Both the position numbers and the translations under genes were made by a program. Of a stretch of 36,030 nucleotides of DNA, positions 1-11,055 are shown piece by piece. The notes under the pieces were generated by a model, which worked only from the letters and a program-made list of their open reading frames with translations, was not told the DNA's origin and did not search any database. Each line of letters opens with the position of its first letter. The first letter of the stretch is position 1. The stretch comes from Hyphochytrium catenoides (Eukaryota > Protista > Hyphochytriomycota): assembly GCA_900088475.1 (NCBI GenBank), contig FLMG01002924.1, forward strand, positions 1 to 36,030, in the 5' to 3' direction.

Positions 1-29
1 TCCCTCTCTCTCTCTCTCTGTCTCTTAAG

Positions 30-367
30 GACTGGCTTGCTGACGAAGTCATTGGCGACTCCATTGCCCGCTCTGTTCCTCCGAGCCGCGTCTACACTCA
101 AAACCTTGTCCGACAGTATCAGCGGGGTGAGTAGAGGACAGACAGAGTATAGAGAAAGACGATAAGAGAGAACCATAAAAAAGAGAAAGAGAAAGGAAGG
201 AGAGAGAGAGATCGAGAATGAGGGAGAGAGAGAGAGAGAGTGTGTGTGTGAGGGCCAGGACACTATTATCTTACTGAAATTCGATCCCGCCATCCTCTTT
301 CTCTCGAAGTATGTGTTCTTGATCCTGCTCCTTTAGTCTCTCTCCCTCTCTCCTTCACTCTCTCTTC

Positions 368-401
<34 letters not shown>

Positions 402-1545
402 CCACTCTCTCTCCCAGTCTACTCTTTCTCTACCGCAAGACTCTCTCCCTTTTCTGTTTAACATACCGCTTATCTTTCTCTCTCTTCTCTCTCTCTCTCC
501 AGCCGTTGAAGCCGCAGACCTGGAACTCTCGGAAGGGATTCTTCGACTGCTATTCCGCTGGATGACAGCAGCAGACGCTGAAGAGAAGGAAAGAGGAACA
601 GCAGAAAGCGCGGCAAGAGAGCTAGCAGATTCTAAAGAGAGAGAGAGAGAAGGCGGGTACAGAGACACAGAAGAAGAAGAGAGAGAAGATCTGTGCTTCG
701 CTTCTTATCACTTACCTGGCCGCCGTATCTCAGAAGTCACTGTCGTCCGAGTGGCCAGGAGGCACAATGACGTTGGACTTAGAGTGTGGGAGGCAGGCGT
801 GGTCCTTACGGAGTATCTTTTCTCTCTCTCTTCCTCTCTCTCTCCCTCCCAAGAGGCCTCCCCAAGTGACTCCGGTCCTCTCTTCAGAGGAAAGAGAGTC
901 TTCGAGATCGGCGCTGGCGTGGGTCTCCCGTCTCTTCTCCTCGCGAGATATGGGGAGACGGAGAGAGTCATTCTCTCCGACTACTCTCTCCCTGTGCGGA
1001 AGAACTTGCAATATATCATAGAGTTGAATAGAGAGCTGACGCTGACCCAAAGAGAAAGAGAAGAGAGAGAGACAGCCGAAGAGAGAAAAAAGACTTTAGG
1101 AGACGGCCTTTGGACGGATAGATTAGAGGTTAGGCCCTGTGATTGGACGGACTGGAGAGAGAGAGAGGATCCCTCTCTTCTTGATGCTGATATTATCCTA
1201 GGGGCAGACCTTTGCTACGACGTCAGCGTCATCCCCGATCTTGCACGAATGCTATCCTCTCTCCTTAGAAGAGGAGAGAGGCAGGAAGAGAGACAGTTGA
1301 CCAACGGGCAGGATGATGTGGAAAAGAGAGAAGCAAAAGAGAGAGAGGGAGAGAAAAAGAAGAAGACAAGGTCTCCCCCGCTTGCTCTACTGGCAACCAC
1401 ACTTAGAAATGAAGCCACGTTTGCTGTCCTTCTGTCTTCCTTGGCAGAGGCGGGAGTGGCGTACAAGGAGATGGAGAGAGGTCCTCCTCTCTTCTTCTGC
1501 GAGAACAGGGACGCGGTCAAGATATTTGAGCTTTTCTGCCTTTAA
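30..1545 (+). CDS. EEF2KMT: Protein-lysine N-methyltransferase, EEF2KMT/FAM86/Efm3-like (Methyltransf_16 family); 5' end lies upstream of the window; exons 30-126 and 503-1545
   Basis: Exon 30-126 reads DWLADEVIGDSIARSVPPSRVYTQNLVRQYQR, resembling the FAM86 N-terminal PPSxxY segment. It splices in frame across intron 127-502 (G|GTGAGT...CTCCAG|CC) into the 562..1545 ORF. Family motifs: DVGLRVWEAG, motif I VFEIGAGVGL, VILSD, CDW, DIILGADLCYD (DxxY) and ATTLRNEATF (cf. EEF2KMT AFTVRNPET). Confidence 0.8.
200..250. repeat. (GA)n/(GT)n microsatellite, intronic
   Basis: Direct reading: ...gagagagagagagagagtgtgtgtgtg. Confidence 0.9.
337..500. repeat. (CT)n-rich tract, 3' part of methyltransferase intron
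   Basis: Imperfect CT dinucleotide run ending at the AG acceptor at 501-502. Confidence 0.9.
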
Positions 1546-2157
1546 AAGAGAAAGGATGCTTCCTGCTGTGTGACGCTGTTTCTTTTCTTCTCTCTTGCGC
1601 AGAAGCGGCTGATCACGCTGGTTCATCTCCAAGATGGAGAGTTTGAGGAGACTGAAAGGGAGAGGAAGAAGGAGCGCATTGTCTCTCTCTAGCGTTTGAA
1701 GGACAAGGAAACAGTGGCGAATGGAGGGATGCGCTCAACTCCAGATAAAGAGCAGACAGCTGGAGAGCCAGAGTCTGTAAGAAAGCTTCTTTAAATTAGG
1801 TGGGAGAGATTCCTAGGGAACTCACGAGGAAGAGAACGAGACTCTACGGCGAAAGAATGAGAGACAGAGAAGGACGGTGAAGAGAGAGCGAGCACCAGAA
1901 TGCCGGAGGCTCTTCGTCGTCAAAGAGAATAGGGTCAGAACATGCAAGGATCCCCGTCGTTCTCTCCCGTCATTGGCCTGTCTCATCAAGTCTCATCCAC
2001 CAGTCGGATACGCGGTCTGAAGTGCGAATGGCACTTCTCTCTCTATCTCTATCTCTTTTCTTAGTGCTGGGCCTGTAACTCCCTTGTTAGACCCTTGCTT
2101 TTTGGCTCTTGGGTTTCTAGGAAGCACAGAGCTGAGGAGTCTCCCTCCTCTCCGTAG

Positions 2158-4966
2158 CTATAACTCTCCCTCAGTCTCGCTCTGCTCGACAGTATCTCCT
2201 TTTCGTTCTTCTCTCTCTTTCCTCCGCCTCTGCGATCTCAGCCTCCTTTGACATCGCTCTTTGGACTGCTCATAAGCCCGAGAGAACTTCAAGATGACGG
2301 CGAAGATCTTCTCTGATGGGCAAAGAGTTGGATCCTCTCCAAAATACTCCGCAAGTCTCTCAACCTTTGACGAATGAGAGAGACAAACAAAAGAGAGAAG
2401 AGAGAGAGAGAAGAGAGAGAGAGAGAAGAGAGAGAGAGAGGGGAGAGAGAAGGACGTGAGAAGACAGGAAGCAAACCAAATGTAAACAAGGCGAAGGCGA
2501 AGGAAAAGGGCGACAACACCTACATAGACAGAATACAACGGAGGATAAAACATATAAAGGAAGTGAGTATACCAGGGAATAGAGACAACAGAGTCTTCAA
2601 GATGGAAGAGAGAGTTAGAAGCTTATTCCATCGCCAGCATGCGCCGACAAGAGGAGAGAGAGAGTGTATGGGTCTCTGCGTCGAGAGAAGGCAAAAAGAC
2701 TAAGCTCACCTGCTTCTTCACGCCATTATGGCGGCGTTCTAACTCTTCTATTGAGGCCATCTGGGCCGCCAGAAACTCTTTAAGCTGTGTCATGGCCTGC
2801 GGCGACATCAGGAGAGGAGGCTCTTCTCTCTTGCCTCTCTTTCCCTTTTTCTCTCCTTTTCCTTTATCTCTTTTAGAGGCAGCAGCAGCTATTTCAGCTA
2901 ACAGGGGGTTCTTGCTGCTGCTCTCTGACGAAGAAGAGGAGACTGGAAGGAGAGAGAGAAGAAAAGGATGTGAGTTCTTCCCCATCGGACGATGCCCTCG
3001 AGTCTGGCCCTACCTTCACCATCTCTCTTCTCCATATCCGCACTCTTCTGACGCGTTAACTCTTCTTCCGTCGCTCTGAGCTCCTCTTCAAGCTCCTTCA
3101 TATGTCCTCGCAAGCCGGACACTCGCTGACGAGTCTCAGCAGCAGTGTACCTGTTGCATGTGTTATAAGGAATGGGGGAAGGGGCAGGCCCAGCAGGGAA
3201 GGCGAGAGACAGAGAGAGAGAAAGAGATGAGGGATGGATATTGGAGAGAGAGAGAGGGAGAGAAGAAATTGGGTTACTTCCACCTCTAAGTAGACGCAGG
3301 GACCCCTCTCTTCAGGTCAATATGAGAGGAAGGAAAGAAGAAGAACAGCGCTTTCAAGGACAAGGCACGATAAAGACAAATAAAGGAGACTGCCTAGGAC
3401 ACTCTTTCTTTTGCTCTTTCTCTCGATTCCTTACTTGATTGCTCGCTCAACGTTAGGAAGCTCAGAGGGAAAATCTAGCGCTTCCAGCTCATTCTTCTCC
3501 AAGTGCATCAACACCACCAGATCCAGCAGCGTTGTCTTCTTGTCCACTCCTTTGACCTCTGCAGTCTTCAGAAGAGAATCAAGAGAGAAGCCGCACGCTT
3601 CAGCGTTTCTACTGCCTTCATTCAGCACGTTGCCCATTGCTAGCAGCTTTTGCAGGACCTTAGAGAACTTGATGCTGCCCATTATCTCTGCCGAGGCCAC
3701 AGAGATCATAGATAACGACTCTGATAGCGAGCTGACCTCCGAGTCGAAATGATGAACGAAGAGGAACAGGTTAATCTTCAGAGAGAGCCGAGGTATGCGC
3801 CCCATAGTGAGGAAGAATTGTTCTACTTTGCCTAATTGAGAGAGGTCCCCGTCGTAGTCGTCCAACGTGCGAAGCTCGCTCTCTGTCGGGAGAATGTCTC
3901 TCAGAGTATGGAGCTTCTCCTCAGAGAGAACGTCTCTATTGAACTCTGCGACAGCCTTGCCTATCTCTTCTAAGGTGTTAAAGCTCTTGAATTGAGCCAG
4001 TCCAATAGCCACGTTGTTACATCTCTTAAGGTCTATGAGCTGTGGCTTCTTCTTCTCTTCGTCCATATCTCCTCCTTTGCCCGAGAGAGAGGAAGTTGGC
4101 TTAGCGCTGAAGAGCATCTGTAGCTGCTTCATCTCTTGCTCTTCGGAGCTCTCTCGCGGAGTGAGACTCCAGACAGAGTTCTTCGCTCTCTCTTCCGTTA
4201 TGGTCTCCCAATGGATCTTCATCAGAGGAATATCCCGGTTGGAAGTACGCCTAACCAAGCTTCCTGCCCCGGCTCCCGACTCCTTCTCTCCTCCTCTTCC
4301 CTCTTCTGCCCCAGTCGGATCGCAGAAACGCAGAATGTCAGCAGGAGAGAGGCCGTCCGTCATCATCTTCAGCCGGATCGAGCCCATTGGAACGCCGTAA
4401 GAAAGCATCTTAAAGTACTTATCAAACTTCTCTTCTCCTCTTAGCGCCTCACGGAGTTCCTTTGCCGTCCCTCCTCCACCAGCCGCCTTGCCACCTCCTC
4501 CTCCCGTCTTCGTCTCGTTTTCTGTCGGTTTATCGGCTTCCCTCTTTTCTTTCTCCTCTGCGGCACGCTGGAACCTCGCCTGCAACGCGTCAGGAACTTT
4601 GTCTATTCTTAGCTTCTGGATCACTGACTCCAAAGCAACACCAACAGTGAGCATGCGCCAGTAAGCGGCAAAGCTTGGATCCCTTTCCACGTCCATTTCA
4701 AGAGAAAATCCCGAGGACTTAGGTGCAAGCGGTTTCTCCTACAAATTGAGATGGGTTTAGAGTGAGAAGGAGCTCTATCATCGGACAGGTAATAAGAAAA
4801 CTAGCCAAAGCACACAGGGAAGAGACTAAATACAAGGAGGAGCATTATCGCCGCAAGCTGCTGGTGGACGCTGGGCTAGACATGGAGCCGCCGATAGGTA
4901 GGAATGAGGTAGAGAGAAAAAGAGACAGAGAGAAAACATTGAAATGAGAGAGAGAGAGAGAGAGAG

Positions 4967-5001
<35 letters not shown>

Positions 5002-8000
5002 TGAAGAGAGAGAAGTGCTCGAGGTAGGTAAGACGGTAAAATGGGTAGGTCAAGAAAAGGCATGTTCTGAACTAAGAGCCACTGACTCCCCTTACCGAAG
5101 CGGTGTTTGCGAGCATCTCCTTAGCAGTTCCAGAGGTTAGAGCAGGTGATTGTTGTTCTCCTTTTTCTATCTTTTTCTGAGTAGAAGGTTGGGACGTTAG
5201 GGGCTCTTTGTCCTCACCCCTGCCACCTTTCTCCAGCAGCTCCTTCCCTGTCTGGGCTCCGTCTCTCTTCTTCGAAGAAGGAGAATGAGCCTTCTTACTC
5301 CTCGGTGAGGGCGGAGGGAACATCTTTGACTTTGGAGAGCTCGCACGCGAAGGCGACGCGCCCCTCTGTTTGTCTTCTCCTTCTCTCTCCCCTCCGCTGG
5401 CAGCTTTAGAGGTGGAGATATCCACCTTTAGGCCTCCAAAGCCTCTGGCGGTGGCCAATACCGACCGCTTTGGTTCGGCTGCAGAGGCCACAGGCTCTGT
5501 CTTGTTCTCTCCTACAATCTCCTGGACGGCATCTTCCTCTACTGCTCCGTCAGTCCCCGTTCCAGGTGTCTCTCCTGCCGTATCGATGACAGGCACAATC
5601 CCAGCACCTGCCGTCAATTGGAACTGTTCTACTCCTTCCTCGTCGTAGTGGGAAGACGGAGTCTCTCCCGCTGCCTCTCGCGGATCATCCCACTGCGAAT
5701 GTCCCGAGGCAATGTGCACATAGTAAGGATACCCACTTTCATCAAAGTAGACATGCCACCAGTCATAGTGAGAAGCGGAAGAGGACGAAGCAGCAAGATC
5801 ACTCGCTGACGGGTCATAGCTTTCTCCCATCTCCGCTGCAGGACCCTCCTCTGTCTCTCCTCCATGTCCGCCATGACTGTAAGCAGTAGATGTCTCCTCC
5901 ACCATCCGATTGTACATCTGGCTGTTCTCTGCCCGGGCTTGTTGAGGATGCGAGCTCTCATAGTAAGGAGGGGGTGCAGAGAAAGACTGCATATAAGGTT
6001 CATAGCCTTCTCTCTCTCCTCCCACTCCTTCCCCTCCTGTTGAATAAGAGGGATAGCCTTGATCATACTGATATGAAGGAGGAAAAGCTCCTGCTCCCTC
6101 TGTGCTCCAATATGGTGTAGAAGTACCCAGGTTGAGCTGTCCCGAGGAGGAGAACGAGGGATAGCCCGTCCCTCTCTCTCTTGTGAGTGCTTGTCTAACA
6201 TAATCTCTAGGTGTAGCTGAAGGAAGTGACTGGTGTGGCGAAAGATAGGGAGAAGGATGAAGGAGAGATGGTGGGACAATCTGTGCACCTATCATGGGAG
6301 AGGGCGGGAACCCTTGTGGAGCCATGACAGAGTGATTGGGCATAACCATAGGAAGGCCATAGCCCATGTTCATAGGAGAGGGATGGAGAAGAGAGGGAGA
6401 GGGGAAAGCACGAGGAGAGAGAGGAGAAGAGAGATGAAGACCCTGGAAAAACTCTGAAGGACTCGGTGCCGAGCTGTCTCCATATATCGGCAGAGCTGAA
6501 GGAACTCTCGGCTCACTCTGTCTCCTCTGCGCCCATTTTTGGAAGTCTCCTTCTCCTCTGTCCGTGTCCCCTCCTCCGGCTTTTTCCAGAGAACTTTTCC
6601 GTCTGACGGTAGCTGGCGGGGGAAGAGGAGTAGGAAGTGGGACACTGGCTTCCACCTTCTCTCCTGGCTTGAGACATCTATTAAAGGATAAGCCTGCAGA
6701 GTGGCCCTAGGATGTAGGAGAAGAAGTTGACTTAGTATAGGACAGAAACGTAGTGACCGTCAAGTGAGGAAACAAGGAACCGAACAAAGAGAAATCCACT
6801 ACGTTATGAGTCAATAGGAACAAGACGACGGATGAGGAGGAGAAAGAGCATGGGTAGGGAGCTGGAGAGGGGAAAAAGTTTGAAGAACTCAAGCAAACGA
6901 TGACGGAGAGACAGCCTGGAAGTACCTCATATTCTTCTAACAAGGCGAGACAATCCTGATGGTTCCTGGCAGAGGCGATGTGCAGTGGGGTCTGACCCTT
7001 GGCGTTCAATGCTTCTACTGGTGCCGCAGTCTCCAGCAGCAGTTTCACCAAATCCTTATTTCCTCTCTGCATAGTGAAGGACAGAGAGAGAGGAGAGAGA
7101 GACAAGAGAGAGAGAGACAGAGAGAGTGACAGAGAGAGTGACAGAGAGAGAGAGAGAGACAGAGAGAGAGAGATTGTGGGAGAGAGAACCGAAGCAGAGA
7201 GGAGAAAAGAGAGGGACGGAATAATATGGCGAGAAGGAAACAATTAGATCAGGATAGAGAGACCACTCGGGGTTCTAGCTCTATTCTTAGAGCTGCCTAC
7301 CAGGGCTCCAACTAAAAAGGTGGCTCAGATCAAGGCAAGACTACGACGGAGACTGAAGGCCGTGAAATAATGTCCTTACCCAAGCTGACAAGTGCAGAGG
7401 CGTGTCACCCTGGTGGTCACCCATACTAATCAGCGCATCCGCTCCAGCTTCTAACAGATAAGCTGCACATTCTGTGCTTCCTTTGTAGCAGGCACAATGT
7501 AAGGGTGTCCTCCCTTTCGCATCCACCATGGAGAAGTCTCCGCCGTGGTGCAAAAGAAGGATAAGGCATGGAAGATCCCCATTCCGCGCCGCCACGTGCA
7601 GAGGTGCGCCTCCCTCGGCAGCGTTATACTCGTGGTTTACTATGACTGACGCCATGTTACTCTCAGCCGCTGTGGCAAGGAGGAGTCCTAGTTCATGGAT
7701 CACGGAGGGGAGACAGTTAGAGAGCTCGTAACTAGGCAAATGCTTGGAGAAGCTTATGAAGGGAGAGGGAGTAGAGCTCACCGGCACAAGCTGAGTTCAT
7801 AGACGACACGGAGGCCTGCAGTGCTGTCTCCCCAAACTCTGGATGGGGATCATTCTTTGCTCTCCAAGAGAGAGCCAGCTCAACAATTTTTACTAAGCCT
7901 AACTTGCACGCAATAACCAGAACAGTGTCTCCCGTTCCTGGCTCTAACAAATCTATTGGACAACCCTTGGCGAGCATATCACTAATATCTACAATACGGT

Positions 8001-11000
8001 TGTTCCTCGCAGCCTTGAAGAGGTTCTCCAACCAGTATTGCTGAAGGGCGGGAGACGGAGGGGAGAGAGAGAGAGGAGAAGAAGGCATACTGGAACTTGT
8101 CTTCTGGCTGCGGTGGCTATGGACACTTCTCCCACTTCCTCCTCCCCGACCAATTTCCCCTGTAGCAGCTCCAGTTTTGACTCCCGAGGAAAGACTTCCA
8201 AGATCATCATCTTCACTGTCGTCGCTTACAGTTCGTTTCTCCCCTGCAGACGGTGAAGAAGGCGCTACGAGAGAGAGAGAAGCCTTGTGGAAAGCAGGCG
8301 GTGTCTCTCTTTGCCCTCGGACGCTTCTTCTGAATATTGCTTGTGAGAGCCCTTCAATCCAGAACTCCAGCTACAAGGCGGTGATTAAAAGGGAATAAGA
8401 AGAGCAAAGGCATTAAGTCTTTCTATCTTTGAGGAGGAGGTAGTGATGCATCCTTACATCGTGAGATGACTCTGCAGCTAAGTCCAAAGTCCGATCGTCC
8501 AGGATGAGAGAGAAACAGAGTTTCTCCTCCCATATATCTGCAAGACCATCAAGAGTCAAAGGTACATCGCAAGCGCAAAGCATTCCCTGTGTTGCTGATG
8601 TCTCCTTTGATCGCCCTTCTTTGAGCGCTACGTCTGGTTAACTGTTCTCTTACAGCTCACTACCAAGGCTGTCTCAATAGTACTATCACCCATCCTTCCC
8701 ATATCCTCGTTTCTTCCCCGACTTGCTCATGGGATTGCTTGGATCTTACCTGAGGTGGTGCTCTTGACTTGACTCCAGAAGGCAGGCGTCTTGTGGCCTC
8801 TTTTAATCTCCACCACATCCAAGAGGACGATAAAGCTGGCTTTCTTACTCTTTTTCCTAGGATCCTTCCATTCTAGCCTTTGCGGCTCCTGCAGTGACGG
8901 GCCTGTCACCTGGAACCACCGCCGCCGTGGCGTCTGACCTAAATGGAAAAGAGGTCACATGATAACAAGGGAAATTGGGGGAGGTTGAAGAGTGAGGCAA
9001 GATCTTCTCTCTTTTGAAAGGACGCTACGGAAAGAGGACGGGAGGAGGCACGTACTCGAATTGAACGGGATCTTCCATAGAAAGCCCCCCGTCCAGACAG
9101 ATTGGCCGACTGTGGGCGCCTCAGAGGAAGAGGTCGTTGGCGCAGAACGGTTGGTCGGAGAGAGAGCCGAAGGAATCGGTTTAGCAACCTCTGGCGTGAC
9201 CAATGGAGCCGCGCTCACAAAAGGAAGAGTCGGTAGCTGACCGAATTGTCGTGCAGGCGGCGACGTAGAAGAGAGAGGAACGGGGGTAGCCTTCTTCTCT
9301 ACATCCTGCTGCAAGGTACCCTCAGAAGATGCAGAGCTTGAAGAAGAGAGGGCTAAGGAGGGCTGCGGTGTATGAACCATAGGCTCTACGGGCTTGGATG
9401 CATCGACAATCCTGTACTGCAAAAGGATCTCACCGGCCTCGACCGTGGCCTCGTTCGGTCGGTAAATCTATGGAGAATAGCGTTTAGAAGAGAGAACAGG
9501 CAAGAAAGAGAAGAACGCAAGCACTCCTTACCTTCACCCATTGCTCTCGACCTTCCGTGCCTAGCTCTGACAAGTCCAGACTGGCAGTTCCTATGATGGC
9601 GTTGTCGTTCTTTACAATGACTCCCAGTAGGTCTCTCTCCTTCTCTCTCTCTGCTAAGAGAGGCAGAACGAAGTTCTGATTCCAGGTTGCTTGGGTTCCT
9701 CCTTTCTTACAGCCGAAAGTCTTGACTAAATAATGGCCTAGGTTCAGCTGCACGAAAGGAGTTTGAACCCCGAAGCGCTGAGCGTTGAAGAGATTTCGTG
9801 CTTGGACGACTGTGACCATAAGCTGTGTTAGGGGTAAGGGTGGCGCTGAGAAAACAGGAGAAGGTGTGGGAAGAGCTTGTGGCTTTGCGGAGGAGGAAGA
9901 GGTGAGCTGATTGTTCCCTTTGTCCGGAAGAGTGCGTCGTCTATGGACCATTTCAGCGGAAGGAGGGGCAGAAGCTCCACTTGGCATGAGATTTGCATAG
10001 TCAGTGGACACGAAGACCACTTTTTCCGCCTCTTGAGAAGCAGATTTAAAAGGAAGAGAGTGCTGTTGACTCTCTCTCTCCCTGTCACTTCCAAAATGGG
10101 TCGCCATAGTTTCTGAGGATAAGGGAAGAGGCGCTATTTGGGAAGGCGAAAAGAAGGAACCACGGTCGCGAGGGGAAGTTGTCGAGAAGACCTCAGATTC
10201 CGGATGGCTTTCCGTCACTACCACCACCGGAAGGTCATCGTATCTTTCTTCTCCTGCTCCTTTACAAACGACGAAAGACGAGGACGACATGTCTCCCATG
10301 TCTCCTAGGTCGGCGTTGTCATAGTACACTGAGTCACTGTCCGACTCTGCACTTTGACTCACCTTAGTCCCAGATTTGACCTCCTTATCCCTTGAGAGTG
10401 GAAGGTCAGCTGGGGCGATAGCTCGAGAGTCAGCAAGAAACCGTAACCCTCGTTCCTTTGTCTTGATAGGAACACCTTCGCTTCGGTCCTCGCCTGTACT
10501 GGCATCATGAAAGCTAGATGGGCCATTCTCTCCTTCTGCCATGCTCTCTTCGGGCATTTGGGATACACTTTTGGCAGCCGCGCCGACCTCCTTTACCTCT
10601 ACGGTCATTGGCAATCTGGTTACTGCTGGCTCTGTACATATATTAGCTGTCTCTAGCGGCTTTGAGCAGGCATCTGAAGGTTGCCTTGCCTCGGTACCTG
10701 ATGGGATTGCGAACAGCTTGGGCACTTCTCTGCCTTTGTAAGGAGAGACAGAGATCCTTACGGGGCCCCCATTAGGTCTTTCAGATGGAGCTATGGCGTG
10801 GATTTTACTTGGAGACGGCACAGTGCTGGTCATTGCCCTAGGATAAATGGGGATCGGAGGCCCTGGCAAAGCAGAAGCCTCCTCCTACCCAGTGAGGGAG
10901 ACACAAATGAGTGCAACACGTATGGGACGCAGATTTGTTCTTTCTCACTGATGTACCTGCGTGCTTCGCCGGGAGTCATTGGCAACGCTACTTTGTTCCT

Positions 11001-11055
11001 TATCATCCAAAGTCTCAACCTCGCCAGTAGCGCTGGCTACTCGACGGCTCATCAT
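2158..11055 (-). CDS. Multidomain formin (C2 - PH - ankyrin repeats - WW - 2x CCDC53-like motif - FH2), ~2,220 aa, 13 exons
   Basis: Exons on minus strand: 11055-10957, 10884-9532, 9467-9056, 8938-8750, 8537-8458, 8370-7782, 7687-7380, 7066-6926, 6706-5096, 4738-3435, 3150-3014, 2942-2710, 2364-2158. All introns are GT-AG, phases are consistent, and the total is 6663 nt. FH2 motifs: MKIHWETI, NSVW, IDLKRCNNVAIGL, LGKVEQF, LAMGNVLN, GFSLDSLLK, TTLLD, YFGED. The start codon is less certain than the rest. Confidence 0.88.
2250..4240 (-). other. FH2 (formin homology 2) actin-nucleation domain
   Basis: Lasso Trp residues (IHWE, SVW), the conserved Ile in NVAIGL, GNVLN, GFSLDSLLKTAEVKG with the conserved Lys, and YFGEDP...IFAVILKFSRAY. 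Confidence 0.9.
2376..2450. repeat. (GA)n microsatellite; polypyrimidine tract of the last formin intron on the minus strand
   Basis: Direct reading. Confidence 0.9.
4910..5012. repeat. (GA)n microsatellite, formin intron
   Basis: Direct reading. Confidence 0.9.
5678..5770 (-). other. WW domain of the formin
   Basis: DWWHVYFDESGYPYYVHIASGHSQWDDP matches W-x(n)-G-x-x-YY-x(n)-S/T-Q-W-x-x-P. Confidence 0.85.
6926..8030 (-). other. Ankyrin repeat array (about 6-7 repeats) of the formin
   Basis: Repeat starts LFKAARNN, GDTVLVIACKLG, GETALQASVS, GGAPLHVAARNG, GRTPLHCACYKG, GDTPLHLSAWRG, GQTPLHIASARN. Confidence 0.9.
7081..7185. repeat. (GA)n microsatellite with GACAGAGAGAGT higher-order units, formin intron
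   Basis: gacagagagagt repeated about 3 times at ~7116-7150 within a GA run. Confidence 0.9.
8325..9100 (-). other. PH domain (PLC/Num1-type) of the formin, spread over 4 exons
   Basis: Spliced translation GGFLWKIPFNSSQTPRRRWFQV...LEWKD...IVLLDVVEIKRGHKTPAF...LCFSLILDDRTLDLAAESSHD|LEFWIEGL matches the PLC-like PH consensus, including the C-terminal helix Trp. Confidence 0.8.
9400..9825 (-). other. C2 domain of the formin (split by intron 9531-9468)
   Basis: LMVTVVQARNLFNAQRFGVQTPFVQLNLG...KTFGCKKGGTQATWNQNFVL...LGVIVKNDNAIIGTASLDL...QWVK|IY...AGEILLQY follows the C2 beta-sandwich pattern and lacks most Ca-binding Asp residues. Confidence 0.8.

Noticed and set aside
333-668. Minus-strand 111-aa ORF rich in ER repeats, and similar ORFs at 2374..2703, 6999..7247, 14797..15166 and 4826..5063
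   Set aside because: These are translations of (GA)n/(CT)n microsatellites in introns or antisense to real exons.
5629-6288. 219-aa alternative-frame ORF overlapping the formin exon
   Set aside because: No recognisable motif; it is most likely a shadow frame of a low-complexity exon.
8041-8090. Apparent short intron (GTATGC...CTTCAG) in the formin before the ankyrin repeats
   Set aside because: Removing it shifts the frame, whereas reading through is open and in frame (SSMPSSPLSLSPPSPALQQYW).
3431-10869. Treating the large minus-strand ORFs (3431..4696, 5072..6655, 9484..10869) as separate genes
   Set aside because: They connect through canonical GT-AG introns with consistent phase into one formin.
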